The notes beneath the pieces were generated by a model. It was not told where the DNA came from. It made no database searches and saw nothing but the letters and a program-made list of their open reading frames with translations. Shown here piece after piece: positions 17,529 to 28,260 of a stretch of DNA of 64,000 nucleotides. This DNA comes from Candidatus Altiarchaeota archaeon. GTDB taxonomy: Archaea > Altiarchaeota > Altiarchaeia > IMC4 > QMZM01. A program made the translations under genes and the position numbers. Position 1 is the first letter of the stretch, and every line of letters begins with the position of its first letter. The stretch is taken from positions 51,768 to 115,767 of the forward strand of contig JAFGDV010000022.1 in the NCBI GenBank assembly GCA_016931955.1, given 5' to 3'.

Positions 17529-20500
17529 TTAGATTTCTTTGTCTATGCCAGCAATGATCGTGCCGTTGAATCTTTTCCTGATTTCTTCAGGTAATTCTAT
17601 TCCAGTGACTAGTTTCTTGGCTTTTAACTTTTTGCATAAAACCAGGGTTCGGGCTGTCTCCGTAGTTACTCCATATTTCTCAGCCAAACCCTCTGCTTGA
17701 TTCTTCTCCGCATCGTTTAAGCTGACGAAGACCACATTTTTCACTCCTTCGAATTCATCCTCTAAATCCCTTAGAGCATAGACTTCCCGGTATTTGTGCA
17801 ATAAGAGGTCATATACGGATTCACCGAACACAATCTTCCTCAGGGCTGCTTCATCCACAACCACTTTAGTCCTCCTGTGCCTGAACCAGAAAACAAAAAT
17901 AGATAACAAAGCCATGGGAACCAACAGGCTTTTAACCACCTCGGGGATGTAATCCAAAGGAGATGAAGGCCTTTCTAAGACTTCCACGTAAGCCAAGTCA
18001 TAGCCTATCAACTCAACCGAGTAAGTCCCCTTTCTGGGGGGAATGTAACCTAGAATATATGAGCCACTAACATTCGATAAAACATATTCTGCACCCACGC
18101 CAAGGGAATCCTTCACCCTCAGCACCAGACCCGTTCTCGGATCCAAAACCTTTATCTCCAGGGGATCGCCCACGTAAGCAACTTTGTCCACCTCTATCTG
18201 TGGGCAGGATCCACATGGTCCGCCACAGTCCACCTTGGACTCAGTTGGACCCAGTATGCCATCACTGCAATTGGATTCTCTGCACACTCCTTCAAAGCAC
18301 CAACCTGACAAGCAATCTGAATCATTCACGCAGCTTTTATTCAACTCACAGGGCGGACAATGTCCGCCGCAGTCTATGTCCGTCTCCGCCTTATCCTTCC
18401 TATTGTTAACACATATACTGGAAGCATTGTAGAGGATAACAGAGGAGCCTCCTCCCCCACCAGGCGAACTCACCACCCTTGTAACTACACTACAGGGTGG
18501 ACAGCCTCCCCCGCAGTCCACTCCACTTTCGCCGTCCCCTTGCACACCATCAAAGCAATGACAGGGCTGACAGGGTCCTCCACAGTCAATCCCCGTTTCT
18601 CCCTGATTTTGTAATCCATCACTGCAGCTAGCACAGGGAGGGCAGGGTCCGCCACAGTCTACCGCGGACTCGCCCTGATTCTGCAATCCATCACTGCAGT
18701 TCCCGCACGGAGGGCAAAGTCCGCCACAGTCTACCCCAGTCTCGCCCTGATTCTGTATCCCATCACTGCAGCTCATGCAAGGCTGACAGGGCCCTCCACA
18801 GTCTATTCCCTCCTCACACTCTCCGCCAGGACAATTCTGTATGCCGTCAAAACAGGAAGGCAGAGTCGGCCCAGGAGGAGGACCACCGCCTCCGCCTCCA
18901 TCACCGCCGCCAGGTAAAGTAGTCGTAGTAGGTGGTGGAGCTGTAGTCAACCTGACGATCTCCGAATTTATGGCTTCTAGGTTGCCCACTAAGTCTATGC
19001 CTCTGAACCTGACATAGTTTGTCCCCTGCGCCGTCACCTGAACCTTCGCATTGAATTCTTCAACACCTAAACTGGCATCAGGCTCAGAGAAAACATACCT
19101 GCGAACCCTGACATCATCTACAAACGAGCCATCAACACCAACTGAATCACCGCCAGCAGACAACTTAATATAACTACGATTTAGATACACTGGGTAAAAG
19201 GGATTGCCACTACCCCAACAGTTTATGCCGCAGCTTTCTGGATCGCCTTCGTCAAAAACAGCCTTCTCGAATATAGCTGCTGAGGGGATATTGTAATACC
19301 AGTACAGCCTTAATGTGTGTACTCCCACATCACCACTCCAGTAGCCCCCCCATCCTGAGCCGCATCCTCCCATAGCAGTGCATCCAGCACCTAACTCATC
19401 CGCTTGCACTCTGGCAAAGACTCCGTATTGTATGCCGTCGTCGAACCACAGCCGGACGGAGCTGTTTTTGGCTTGGATCAATCTTATCTTAACATCAAGT
19501 ATATGCTTATCTCGCTCGGAGTAGAAGGGTGTCTTGATTGCCGCATCAACTGCAGACCGCACCAGCTTCACAGAGTATTTCCCAGAAATTGGGTCAACGG
19601 ATTCTATCGAAACAGTCTGATTATGTAGGGTCCAATTTGGATTTATGGAATAATTCCCGTCTTCGAAGTCGTCGAAGAACAAGAAGGTTTCAGTCCCATT
19701 TGAGGCGGCATTAGCGGAAGGATTACTGTAGTAGACATAGGCTATTGTATCCATGTCATCCTCTATGAATGGAACCCTGACCCAGATTCTCGCTGTTTTT
19801 GTTGTCGTATTCCATGAATCAATCCAATAGGGGATCTCTTCCTCTGACCCGGAAGTCACGTTATAGTACGTGAACCGGGTGTCGTTTCCATTGTTAGACC
19901 AATTCCAGTTAGGGCCGACGTTAGATGAGGTAAGATCTATTTTGACCTGAAAATCCGATAGATTACCTTCAGTATTCTGGATCGTTATCTTCCGTCGATA
20001 TGACCAGGAACCAAAAAACCAGTTAGGAATGCAAGTATTAGTTGTATCCACACAGTATTGTACTGTATCACACCTAGAACCTTCTCCGTCATCGCAGCTA
20101 AAAGACACGTTCACGTAACTGGAAGTGGTCACTGTATCGAAAACATAAGGTGAACCGTTGGATATCACTGCCGAGGCGTTTGTTGTTGGCGGTATTTCCA
20201 TCGTTACCTCCCTAACTTCACTCTTGTTTGTTGTTGAACCAAAAGTGCAATTGATATACCAATCGTAAATACCATCTGCAGGAGCGGGGATAGCTGTAAT
20301 TGTTGTTTCTGTATTATTTAGAGTGGAGAAATTGATTCCGTAGATTGTGTCATTTAAAAACAGTTCACAGAAGTAAGTCGATTTCGAACCTTTTACCGTG
20401 AAATTGAAATTCGAATCATTTATTGTTGTCTGATTTGGAGGATATTCCAAGTAGATTGAGAAATTAGAGGTGGTGGATTCATCACTTAAAGATAGAAAAT

Positions 20501-23171
20501 CAATATTCATTCCATCACCCGTTAGGTTATACTGTATGTCGCAGAATCCGTCTTTATCTGAATCATTACAGGTGTTAGAATATCCCGTTCCAGTTGAATC
20601 CGTCCAATAATTCCCACCTATCAAATTCCCGTCTGAGTAGATTCTCTTCCCTTTTTGTTTTATTGTATTCCAGTTATTTGTGTTTGTTCCTGCAAAACGT
20701 GTGGGGTTTGTGGCATTAACTAGGTTGTTGTAGCTTAAACACGCCGATGTTGAATATAGGTAAAAACCATAGTCGACTATTTCCAATTTATTCTCTTTTA
20801 TCGTCATCAAATTTGATTGATATAGGTACAAGGAGTATGATGTTCCTGCAGTAGATCCTACACCTCCCCCGCTTCCCCTAGGACCTCCTGTCAGGTTTGA
20901 GATTGCGTTAGAGGTTAGATTGCTGTTGTTTGAGCTTGTCAGATAGACTCCCGCACATGTTCCACCTGAACCAGGTAAACGACTGTATCCATGAGTTCCA
21001 CCGGTACCGCCAGTCAGATCTGAGATTGTGTTAGAGGTTATGCTGTTCTTTACAGAAGAGGGCAGATATATTCCTGCAGAAGTTCCTCCCAAACCTCCAT
21101 CGTCAGAACATCCACCTGTACCCCCCTGACCTCCAGTCAGATTTGAGATTTTATTAGAGGTTAGGTTATTGCTGGTCGAGTTTGTCAGATAGACTCCAAA
21201 AGAAGGACCCCCCGGACCCCCAGGGTTACTCCCACTTCCAGTTCCCCCAGACATCCCCTTGAATCCAGAGACTGTGTTGTTGTATACGCTCGAACCTGTA
21301 ACATCAATCAGGACTATACCCGCTGCCGTACCCCCTGCGCCCCCAGGGTTTCCAGTGTGGACGAAGCCCCCGATCAAGATAGGTGCAATAGAAACGGTAA
21401 CATTAAAGTTGGATATGTTGAGATTTGTTTTTTTATGGAAGTACAGTATGGGTCTTCCGTCTATTGTATTCAATTTAGACTGATCTGGAGAGTTACCAGA
21501 CAACGAAGTTATCATGTTATCATAGGAACTTGTGTCGAACCATACCGCTGCAGGGGTTCCTGGCGCCCCCTCTGAAGCACCGCCGCTTCCCCCCATCCCT
21601 GAAGTTCCAGCAGTCAAATTCAATATCGTATTTGAACTTAATTTATTGTTTATTGAGTATGACAAGTAAACGCCTGCTGTAGTTCCCCCAGCACCTCCTG
21701 AACCAGCGTTTCCTCCAGTCCCCCCATGACCACCCGTAATATTTGATATCGCATTTAAGGTGAGATTGTTGTTTGTTGAATTCAAGAGATAGATTCCTGT
21801 GGAGATTCCACCCGCACTTCCTGAACTGTAACCACCAGGTGTTGCTCGAGACATCCCACTAAATCCAGCGATTGTGTTATTGTATATCGTCGAATCTGTA
21901 ATGTTAACCAAAGCAAGACCTGTTGAGATCCCACCTGTCTGTGAGGAATACCCTACTAAGACGGGCGCTGTCGAAACGACAACATCAAAGTTGGAGACAT
22001 TAAGACCTATCTCACCATAGAAATACAGTATCGGCTTTCCATCGATAGTATTCAGCTTAGACTGATCCGGGGAGTTACCAGACAACGAAGTTAATATATT
22101 GTCATATGAGCTGGTATCAAGCCACATTGCCACTGGTACCCCACCAGTACCATTTGACCAACCAATCCCACCATCACCCCCCATTAGGTTTGATATTTGG
22201 TTGGTTGTTAGATTGTTGCCTTCTGAGTTTGTTAAGTAAACACCAACAGGGAGGCCACCCACACCTCCTGAACCATACAACCCACCATTTCCTCCTTTTC
22301 CTCCAGTAAGGTTTGACACTGAGCCAGATGTTAGGTTGTTATTGATTGATGTTAAAACATAAACGCCGGCCGCAGTTCCACCACTCCCACCAGTACCCCA
22401 CTGTCCCCCAGTACCCCCATCCCCCCCTGTTAGAATCGACGCTATATTGGAGGTCAGATTGTTGCCGGCGGAACTTGAGAGGTAAATCCCTATAGAATTT
22501 CCTCCAGCACCACCCGAGCCATGACTAAAAGCCCCAATCCCTCCATTTCCACCCTTTAGATTTGTTATATTGTTGAGGATTATGTTGTTGCCTGTTGAAT
22601 AGGATAGATGAATCCCTGCTGAGATCCCCCCAGCACCTCCAGTAGCCCAATTACCAGAACTAGAACCTCCTGTTCCGGCATTTAAATTCTTTATGGTATT
22701 ATTGAATACTGTATTGGAACTTGATTTCAGATAAATGCCTGACGTGTCTCCACCCGGAGTTGCAGTGGACGCGTCAGTTCCTTTATACCCATACAAGTTT
22801 TGAATGGTATTGTTCTCTACCAAGCTGTTGTTCGCTCCAGTGTCCAGGTAGATTCCAGTCTGCCAGTTAGAGATTATGCAGTTTCTAACTGTCGTGTTGT
22901 GCTGGTTCGAGTAAACAGCATACTTGTTGTCACTGGAGTTTCCATTCAAAGAAAAATCCCCATCAAGTGTATTGCCTTGACAATCCAAGGTTATGTTCTC
23001 AGCGCTGATGTTCATGCAGTTAGAATTGACTGAGTCAACTATGGATGCGTTCAAATAATAGAACGAATTGGATTCATTTAAGACACTGCACTCTGAGATG
23101 TTGTATTCGGCGGCGTAGGTGGTCTCCAGTAGGATGAATAAGTAGAGTAAAAAGAATAGTAGCTTTTTCAT
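17529..23171 (-). CDS. Giant surface protein: Gly-rich beta-helix, DUF2341, DCGG repeats, TM and PIN-like tail
   Basis: Signal peptide; GGxGG loops; WSYRRKITI/IPYWI/IWVRVP DUF2341 motifs; multiple DCGG repeats. Confidence 0.85.
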   Translation of the reverse strand: MKKLLFFLLYLFILLETTYAAEYNISECSVLNESNSFYYLNASIVDSVNSNCMNISAENITLDCQGNTLDGDFSLNGNSSDNKYAVYSNQHNTTVRNCIISNWQTGIYLDTGANNSLVENNTIQNLYGYKGTDASTATPGGDTSGIYLKSSSNTVFNNTIKNLNAGTGGSSSGNWATGGAGGISAGIHLSYSTGNNIILNNITNLKGGNGGIGAFSHGSGGAGGNSIGIYLSSSAGNNLTSNIASILTGGDGGTGGQWGTGGSGGTAAGVYVLTSINNNLTSGSVSNLTGGKGGNGGLYGSGGVGGLPVGVYLTNSEGNNLTTNQISNLMGGDGGIGWSNGTGGVPVAMWLDTSSYDNILTSLSGNSPDQSKLNTIDGKPILYFYGEIGLNVSNFDVVVSTAPVLVGYSSQTGGISTGLALVNITDSTIYNNTIAGFSGMSRATPGGYSSGSAGGISTGIYLLNSTNNNLTLNAISNITGGHGGTGGNAGSGGAGGTTAGVYLSYSINNKLSSNTILNLTAGTSGMGGSGGASEGAPGTPAAVWFDTSSYDNMITSLSGNSPDQSKLNTIDGRPILYFHKKTNLNISNFNVTVSIAPILIGGFVHTGNPGGAGGTAAGIVLIDVTGSSVYNNTVSGFKGMSGGTGSGSNPGGPGGPSFGVYLTNSTSNNLTSNKISNLTGGQGGTGGCSDDGGLGGTSAGIYLPSSVKNSITSNTISDLTGGTGGTHGYSRLPGSGGTCAGVYLTSSNNSNLTSNAISNLTGGPRGSGGGVGSTAGTSYSLYLYQSNLMTIKENKLEIVDYGFYLYSTSACLSYNNLVNATNPTRFAGTNTNNWNTIKQKGKRIYSDGNLIGGNYWTDSTGTGYSNTCNDSDKDGFCDIQYNLTGDGMNIDFLSLSDESTTSNFSIYLEYPPNQTTINDSNFNFTVKGSKSTYFCELFLNDTIYGINFSTLNNTETTITAIPAPADGIYDWYINCTFGSTTNKSEVREVTMEIPPTTNASAVISNGSPYVFDTVTTSSYVNVSFSCDDGEGSRCDTVQYCVDTTNTCIPNWFFGSWSYRRKITIQNTEGNLSDFQVKIDLTSSNVGPNWNWSNNGNDTRFTYYNVTSGSEEEIPYWIDSWNTTTKTARIWVRVPFIEDDMDTIAYVYYSNPSANAASNGTETFLFFDDFEDGNYSINPNWTLHNQTVSIESVDPISGKYSVKLVRSAVDAAIKTPFYSERDKHILDVKIRLIQAKNSSVRLWFDDGIQYGVFARVQADELGAGCTAMGGCGSGWGGYWSGDVGVHTLRLYWYYNIPSAAIFEKAVFDEGDPESCGINCWGSGNPFYPVYLNRSYIKLSAGGDSVGVDGSFVDDVRVRRYVFSEPDASLGVEEFNAKVQVTAQGTNYVRFRGIDLVGNLEAINSEIVRLTTAPPPTTTTLPGGGDGGGGGGPPPGPTLPSCFDGIQNCPGGECEEGIDCGGPCQPCMSCSDGIQNQGETGVDCGGLCPPCGNCSDGLQNQGESAVDCGGPCPPCASCSDGLQNQGETGIDCGGPCQPCHCFDGVQGDGESGVDCGGGCPPCSVVTRVVSSPGGGGGSSVILYNASSICVNNRKDKAETDIDCGGHCPPCELNKSCVNDSDCLSGWCFEGVCRESNCSDGILGPTESKVDCGGPCGSCPQIEVDKVAYVGDPLEIKVLDPRTGLVLRVKDSLGVGAEYVLSNVSGSYILGYIPPRKGTYSVELIGYDLAYVEVLERPSSPLDYIPEVVKSLLVPMALLSIFVFWFRHRRTKVVVDEAALRKIVFGESVYDLLLHKYREVYALRDLEDEFEGVKNVVFVSLNDAEKNQAEGLAEKYGVTTETARTLVLCKKLKAKKLVTGIELPEEIRKRFNGTIIAGIDKEI

Positions 23172-23223
23172 CTCACCACCAGATTAACTATTAACTCAAA
23201 CACCCATAAGAAGATGTCGATAA

Positions 23224-24282
23224 TCAGCTCTTGGGTCTGAGGGTTCGGCGCATTTCGTGGAGTATTGTGTTATAGAGTTCCAAGTCCCTGCTAGAGATGT
23301 GGTGTACCAGTTGTTTAGTGCTCCAGTCGGCTTGTTTCTTCTTTACTCTGGCGTCAAGGTGGACCAGGTACAAGGGGATAGGGTATCCATAGTGTTTGGA
23401 GCCCTCAGAAAGCTGCGCAACCAATGCGATGATCTTATCGAAGTCGCGCTCCCAGTCGGGGACATCCACCCTCAGTGGACTAGACAATGAAGTGGGTTGG
23501 ACGTAGACTGTGGGGAAAGACGCTACCAAGGAGGAAGTCAATTTATCGTCTGACTCGAATCTCGATTGAGGGGTGAAGTCCACTGTGCGGTAGACGCCGT
23601 CTCCCTTCAATATGCGTAGGATGCAGGAGTCCGTCATGAAGCGTGGGAATTTTATGTCGTACTTGATTGACAGATAGTTGGCGAAGAGCCGCGACTTGCT
23701 GTCCTCTGAAACACCTAATATGTGAACACTATTCTTCTTGCACAGCTTCAGTAAGCGGACGAATTTCTTCCGATAGAAGGGGTATTCTTCACACTCTATC
23801 GGCTTCTTCCTTGAGTTCACATACAGTGAGCCGTCGATGAACAGATATTCTGGACTATGCTCTTCCACGCAGCGGAGTGCGACATCGAACTCCATGGCTC
23901 CCCGTAGAAGCTCAACCCGCTCCTTCGTGTATTCATCATAGTCTAGGACATCAATGTCGAGGTCGCGGACGAAGACCTCACTGCTTTTTGGCTTCTTTTT
24001 GTCTAGGATAAGACCAGAGGCTCGGATGAAGTAGATCGCAGCACCCAATAGTTCCCGGATTCCCTCGCCGCCGTCGACGAAGGCCATCTTCGCTTTTATG
24101 TTCTTCGTCTTCTTCAGTGGGAGGATCAGGTCCTTGTCCGCTATTATGTCTCGGACGTTGTCTATCTGGTCTTTGTAGCTCATCAGGTCATGAAAGATGC
24201 GGTCCCTACAGACGCTATATCGCTCAAGCCAGAGGGAGTAGTGCCCCATGTTACTGTAGTGGAAGTCTTTCCTTTTATACAT
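23224..24282 (-). CDS. nurA: NurA nuclease
   Basis: FVDGG, FIDGSL, GVSEDS.S, GYPIPLYLVH.DA. Confidence 0.85.
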   Translation of the reverse strand: MYKRKDFHYSNMGHYSLWLERYSVCRDRIFHDLMSYKDQIDNVRDIIADKDLILPLKKTKNIKAKMAFVDGGEGIRELLGAAIYFIRASGLILDKKKPKSSEVFVRDLDIDVLDYDEYTKERVELLRGAMEFDVALRCVEEHSPEYLFIDGSLYVNSRKKPIECEEYPFYRKKFVRLLKLCKKNSVHILGVSEDSKSRLFANYLSIKYDIKFPRFMTDSCILRILKGDGVYRTVDFTPQSRFESDDKLTSSLVASFPTVYVQPTSLSSPLRVDVPDWERDFDKIIALVAQLSEGSKHYGYPIPLYLVHLDARVKKKQADWSTKQLVHHISSRDLELYNTILHEMRRTLRPKS

Positions 24283-24347
24283 GAGGTGTTTTTATATATG
24301 GATTCCCATATCTAAAAAATTTATATTTTCAGAAAATATTAAAAGTT

Positions 24348-24842
24348 TTGAAAATGGATGAGTTCGACTCAGCCGCCATAGAATTCATGGCCAACCTGGG
24401 CAGAAACCACGGATTAGGAGAACTGCAATCAAAGGTGATCGGTTTACTGTATATAGAACCAGAGGAGATCTCGCTGGAGGAAATTGCAGAAAAAACAGGA
24501 TACAGCCTCGCATCCATATCCAACACAATGAAGATGCTCGAAGCCTTCGGCATGGTCCAGAGGATAAAGAAGCCTAGGACAAAGAAGGTCTACTTCTACA
24601 TGGAAAAAAATCTCGCAAGATTGAACATCATGAAACTCAATGCCGTACTCAACAACTTCATCAAACCAAACAAGGACATCCTACCAGCGCTGATAGAAAA
24701 ATACAGAAACAAGGTCAGAGATGAAAAATCAAAGAAAAAACTCCGAATAGTGGAAAACTACTACAAACAAATGCTGGAATTCGAAGAGATAACAGAGAAC
24801 TGGATCAAAGACCTTGGAGAGATAGCTAATAAACCCAGATAA
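24348..24842 (+). CDS. GbsR/MarR-family regulator
   Basis: SLEEIAEKTGYSLASISNTMKML HTH; upstream of the ABC operon. Confidence 0.85.
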   Translation: MKMDEFDSAAIEFMANLGRNHGLGELQSKVIGLLYIEPEEISLEEIAEKTGYSLASISNTMKMLEAFGMVQRIKKPRTKKVYFYMEKNLARLNIMKLNAVLNNFIKPNKDILPALIEKYRNKVRDEKSKKKLRIVENYYKQMLEFEEITENWIKDLGEIANKPR

Positions 24843-24868
24843 CTTTTACGCAATCAATACTTATAATT

Positions 24869-25588
24869 ATGGAGCGAAAAATGGCCTTAGAAATCCAGAA
24901 GAAGCCGATCATCAAGCTGGAGGATGTGAAAAAGGTGTACAGGATGGGTGACGTGGAAGTCCACGCCCTCCGGGGGCTGACCATGGAGGTCTACCCCCAC
25001 GAATTCGTAGCAATAATGGGCCCCTCCGGCAGTGGAAAATCCACTGCGATGAACATGGTCGGCTGCCTGGATGTGCCAACGGATGGAGAGATCTATCTGG
25101 AGGGACAGGACATCTCCAAGCTGGAGGAATCGGATCTGGCTCAGATCAGGGGAAGGAAGATAGGATTCATATTCCAGAAATTCAACCTCATGCCTACGTT
25201 AAGCGCCCTCGAAAACGTCACACTCCCCATGATGTTCCAGAGCATCCCAAAGAGTGAGAGAGATAGGAGAGGGAAGAACCTGCTGACGATGGTCGGCTTA
25301 GGTGAGAGGATGTACCACAAGCCGACCGAGCTTTCTGGCGGAGAACAGCAGAGGGTGGCGATAGCGAGGGCTCTTGCAAACGACCCCGATGTTATCCTAG
25401 CGGATGAGCCTACAGGTAACCTGGACTCTAAGAGGGGGAGGGAGATAATGGAGATGCTATCAGAATTACACTCTGGAAACGGAAAAACCATTGTCATGGT
25501 CACACACGACGAAAATCTCTGCAAATACGCAGACCGTATAATCCGTCTAATAGACGGAAAAGTGGTTGAAGGAGGTTACATAAGATGA
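24869..25588 (+). CDS. MacB/LolD-type ABC ATPase
   Basis: GPSGSGKST, LSGGEQQR, LADEPTGNLD. Confidence 0.95.
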   Translation: MERKMALEIQKKPIIKLEDVKKVYRMGDVEVHALRGLTMEVYPHEFVAIMGPSGSGKSTAMNMVGCLDVPTDGEIYLEGQDISKLEESDLAQIRGRKIGFIFQKFNLMPTLSALENVTLPMMFQSIPKSERDRRGKNLLTMVGLGERMYHKPTELSGGEQQRVAIARALANDPDVILADEPTGNLDSKRGREIMEMLSELHSGNGKTIVMVTHDENLCKYADRIIRLIDGKVVEGGYIR

Positions 25589-26895
25589 AAAAGAAAAAAA
25601 TTTTGGTTTTTGGAATATTGTTTTTTTGTTTTTTTGTTACGACGGTAAACGCGGAAACCAGAGCTGAGATAAGGATCGACTCCGTGATGTGGGATCCATT
25701 CTACATAGAGGCAGGAGACGACGTCACACTATATGCGAAGTTCGTCCTCAGGCCGATAACCAAGGCTTGGGCGGTGGAGAATCCAGATAACATAGCCACG
25801 GCTCAAGATCCAGGGGTATTCTATAAAGCACAGCTTGAACCCGCAGACGACCTTGCAAGAGATTATGTCATCATGAAGAGGGGGGAAAAGAATGTTGGAC
25901 ATCTTTTTGTTGGAGAAAGCTGGACCACACCCTTTGAGATAAAGATAAGGGAGACTGCAATAGCTACCTCTTATAAGATGAGGTTCTCCGTTATAAAGAC
26001 CGACATAGATAGCACATACGAGGAAGTCGTCAAGGTCTTTGAATTCGAACTCCCAATCAAGGGGGTGGTGAAATTCAACGTTGATTCAGACAACATGGTA
26101 AATCTCGGAAGCATCAGCGACATCGTAATCAATGTCAAGAATGATGGATTGGGTGATGCAAAACACGTCATAGTTGGCTTGGATCTGAGCACGCCGTTCA
26201 CGTCGGTAAGGACATCAGAGCTCTACGTTGGAGACTTTGAAGGTGGAGAGAGCAAGGATGTAGCCTTTAAGGTGTCAGTAGGCAGTGAGACTGAGGCGCT
26301 GGTATACAGGATACCTGTGACGATAACCTACGTCGACGATAATGGAACAGAAAAAAAGGTAAACAAGGACATTGGAGTCAGAATAGACGCAACCCCGGAT
26401 ATGAAGGTGGGCTTGGAAAGCTCAGACGACCTAGCAGCAGGGATAGGCGGGACAGTGAGCATAGAGGTGGTCAACGAAGGATTCATAGACGCTAAATTCG
26501 TGAGATTGACTCTTGAACCAACAGAAGACTACTCCGTTGAATCCATAAACGAGTTCTACATAGGGAACCTCGACTCAGACGACATAGAGACGGACGAGTT
26601 TGAGATAAGGATAGAGGATTCCGTTGACAAGGAGATAGTGCCGTTAAAGGTCAGATTGCAGTATAAGGGAGAGGGAAGCGACCAAGAATATGTGAATGAA
26701 TGTGAAGTCGACCTGAAGATCCTCTCAAAAGTAGAATATGCTGCAAAGCATGGAGGAGACGGAACATCCGCAACACTTATGATAATCATACTTGCGATAC
26801 CGGTGTTTTTCATCGTAATACTTGTGGTCTGGTTTGTCTACAAGATCTTTGACCTGATCAAAGACTACCTGAACAGGAAACTATTCTCCAGATAG
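25585..26895 (+). CDS. COG1361 S-layer-like Ig-fold protein associated with the ABC system
   Basis: Signal peptide; repeated N.G...A..V / YIG.L domains; C-terminal TM. Confidence 0.8.
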   Translation: MKKKKILVFGILFFCFFVTTVNAETRAEIRIDSVMWDPFYIEAGDDVTLYAKFVLRPITKAWAVENPDNIATAQDPGVFYKAQLEPADDLARDYVIMKRGEKNVGHLFVGESWTTPFEIKIRETAIATSYKMRFSVIKTDIDSTYEEVVKVFEFELPIKGVVKFNVDSDNMVNLGSISDIVINVKNDGLGDAKHVIVGLDLSTPFTSVRTSELYVGDFEGGESKDVAFKVSVGSETEALVYRIPVTITYVDDNGTEKKVNKDIGVRIDATPDMKVGLESSDDLAAGIGGTVSIEVVNEGFIDAKFVRLTLEPTEDYSVESINEFYIGNLDSDDIETDEFEIRIEDSVDKEIVPLKVRLQYKGEGSDQEYVNECEVDLKILSKVEYAAKHGGDGTSATLMIIILAIPVFFIVILVVWFVYKIFDLIKDYLNRKLFSR

Positions 26896-26921
26896 TTTCC
26901 CCCAATTTTTTATTCACTGAA

Positions 26922-28139
26922 ATGATAGGGGACTACATCAAACTTGCGATAGATGGAATCAAGAACAGGCGACTCAGAAGCTGGCTGACTATGATAGGGA
27001 TCTTTATAGGGATCATCGCTGTTGTCTCCCTTGTCTCCCTAGGCCAGGGACTGCAGAAGGTCATCGATGAGCAGTTTGAGATGGTCGGGGGAGACCGGAT
27101 CGTGATAAGCCCCGGCGGGGGTGGAACAATCTCTAGTTTTGGGGGGATGTTCAGCTCAGCCAAACTACGTGAGGGAGACCTCGACGTCGTGAGCAAGGTA
27201 CGGGGCGTTGATTCTGCACTAGGCCTCTTTACTACAACAGGAAAGGCAAAAACTGATGGAGAACAAAAATCTATTCCAATCTTCGGGGCGCCAACGGATC
27301 CAAAACAACAGAAGCTTCTTAGACAGATCGACTTCTTTGTCGTGAATAATGGGAGATATCTGGAGCAGGGAGACAAATACAAGGCAAACGTGGGGGTCAG
27401 GGCAGGCGATTACTTCGACGAGGATATCGGCGTAGGAGACAGGATAGAGATAGAGGGCATAATGTTTGATGTCGTCGGGGTGAATAAGAAGACGGGGAAT
27501 CCATTCCACGACCGTAAGGTGGCAATACCTATTGAAACCGCTTGGGAGTTATTCAACAAAAGCGATGAGTTTTCGAGTATCCAAGTCAAGGTCGAGAAGG
27601 GCTCCGACGTGGATGAGGTTGCTGAGAGCATTAAAGAGAAACTGCGAAGGTATAGGGATGTTAAAGAGGGTGAAGAAGACTTCAGCGTTGAAACAGCCGA
27701 GAACATTGTTGGGGTATTCAAAGACGTTCTTAGTCTCGTAACACTTTTTCTAGTAGGCATCGCAGCGATCTCCCTTATCGTTGGAGGCATCGGGATAATG
27801 ACCACTATGTATACCTCAGTATTGGAGAGAACAGACCAGATAGGCATCATGAAGGCCATCGGAGCCAGAAACGAGGATATACTGCTGATGTTTATCGTGG
27901 AGGCTGGGATGCTCGGTCTCGTTGGAGGGATGATTGGAGTAATACTTGGTTTACTTACCAGCATAGGCGCAGAATATCTCGTCGTCAATTACGGAGGCAT
28001 AGAGATCTTTAGGATATATGCCGGCCCCGACCTCATCATAGGGGCTCTAGTTTTCTCATTCCTTGTTGGCTGTTTTTCAGGCTATCTGCCCGCCAGCAGG
28101 GCATCTAAAATGCACCCAGTGGAGGCTCTAAGACAATGA
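26922..28139 (+). CDS. MacB/FtsX-type ABC permease
   Basis: RSWLTMIGIFIG; VGGIGIM..M..SVLER..IG.MKAIGA. Confidence 0.93.
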   Translation: MIGDYIKLAIDGIKNRRLRSWLTMIGIFIGIIAVVSLVSLGQGLQKVIDEQFEMVGGDRIVISPGGGGTISSFGGMFSSAKLREGDLDVVSKVRGVDSALGLFTTTGKAKTDGEQKSIPIFGAPTDPKQQKLLRQIDFFVVNNGRYLEQGDKYKANVGVRAGDYFDEDIGVGDRIEIEGIMFDVVGVNKKTGNPFHDRKVAIPIETAWELFNKSDEFSSIQVKVEKGSDVDEVAESIKEKLRRYRDVKEGEEDFSVETAENIVGVFKDVLSLVTLFLVGIAAISLIVGGIGIMTTMYTSVLERTDQIGIMKAIGARNEDILLMFIVEAGMLGLVGGMIGVILGLLTSIGAEYLVVNYGGIEIFRIYAGPDLIIGALVFSFLVGCFSGYLPASRASKMHPVEALRQ

Positions 28140-28260
28140 TGAACCATTTACTCTATAGATTCAATAAATTAGATAGGGGAGGTAATAAAGGACTAATCAA
28201 TTCAGACCTATCGAGCGTTAGCGAAGATAGGTCCTTTGATGAAACTTTATTGAAGTTTCA

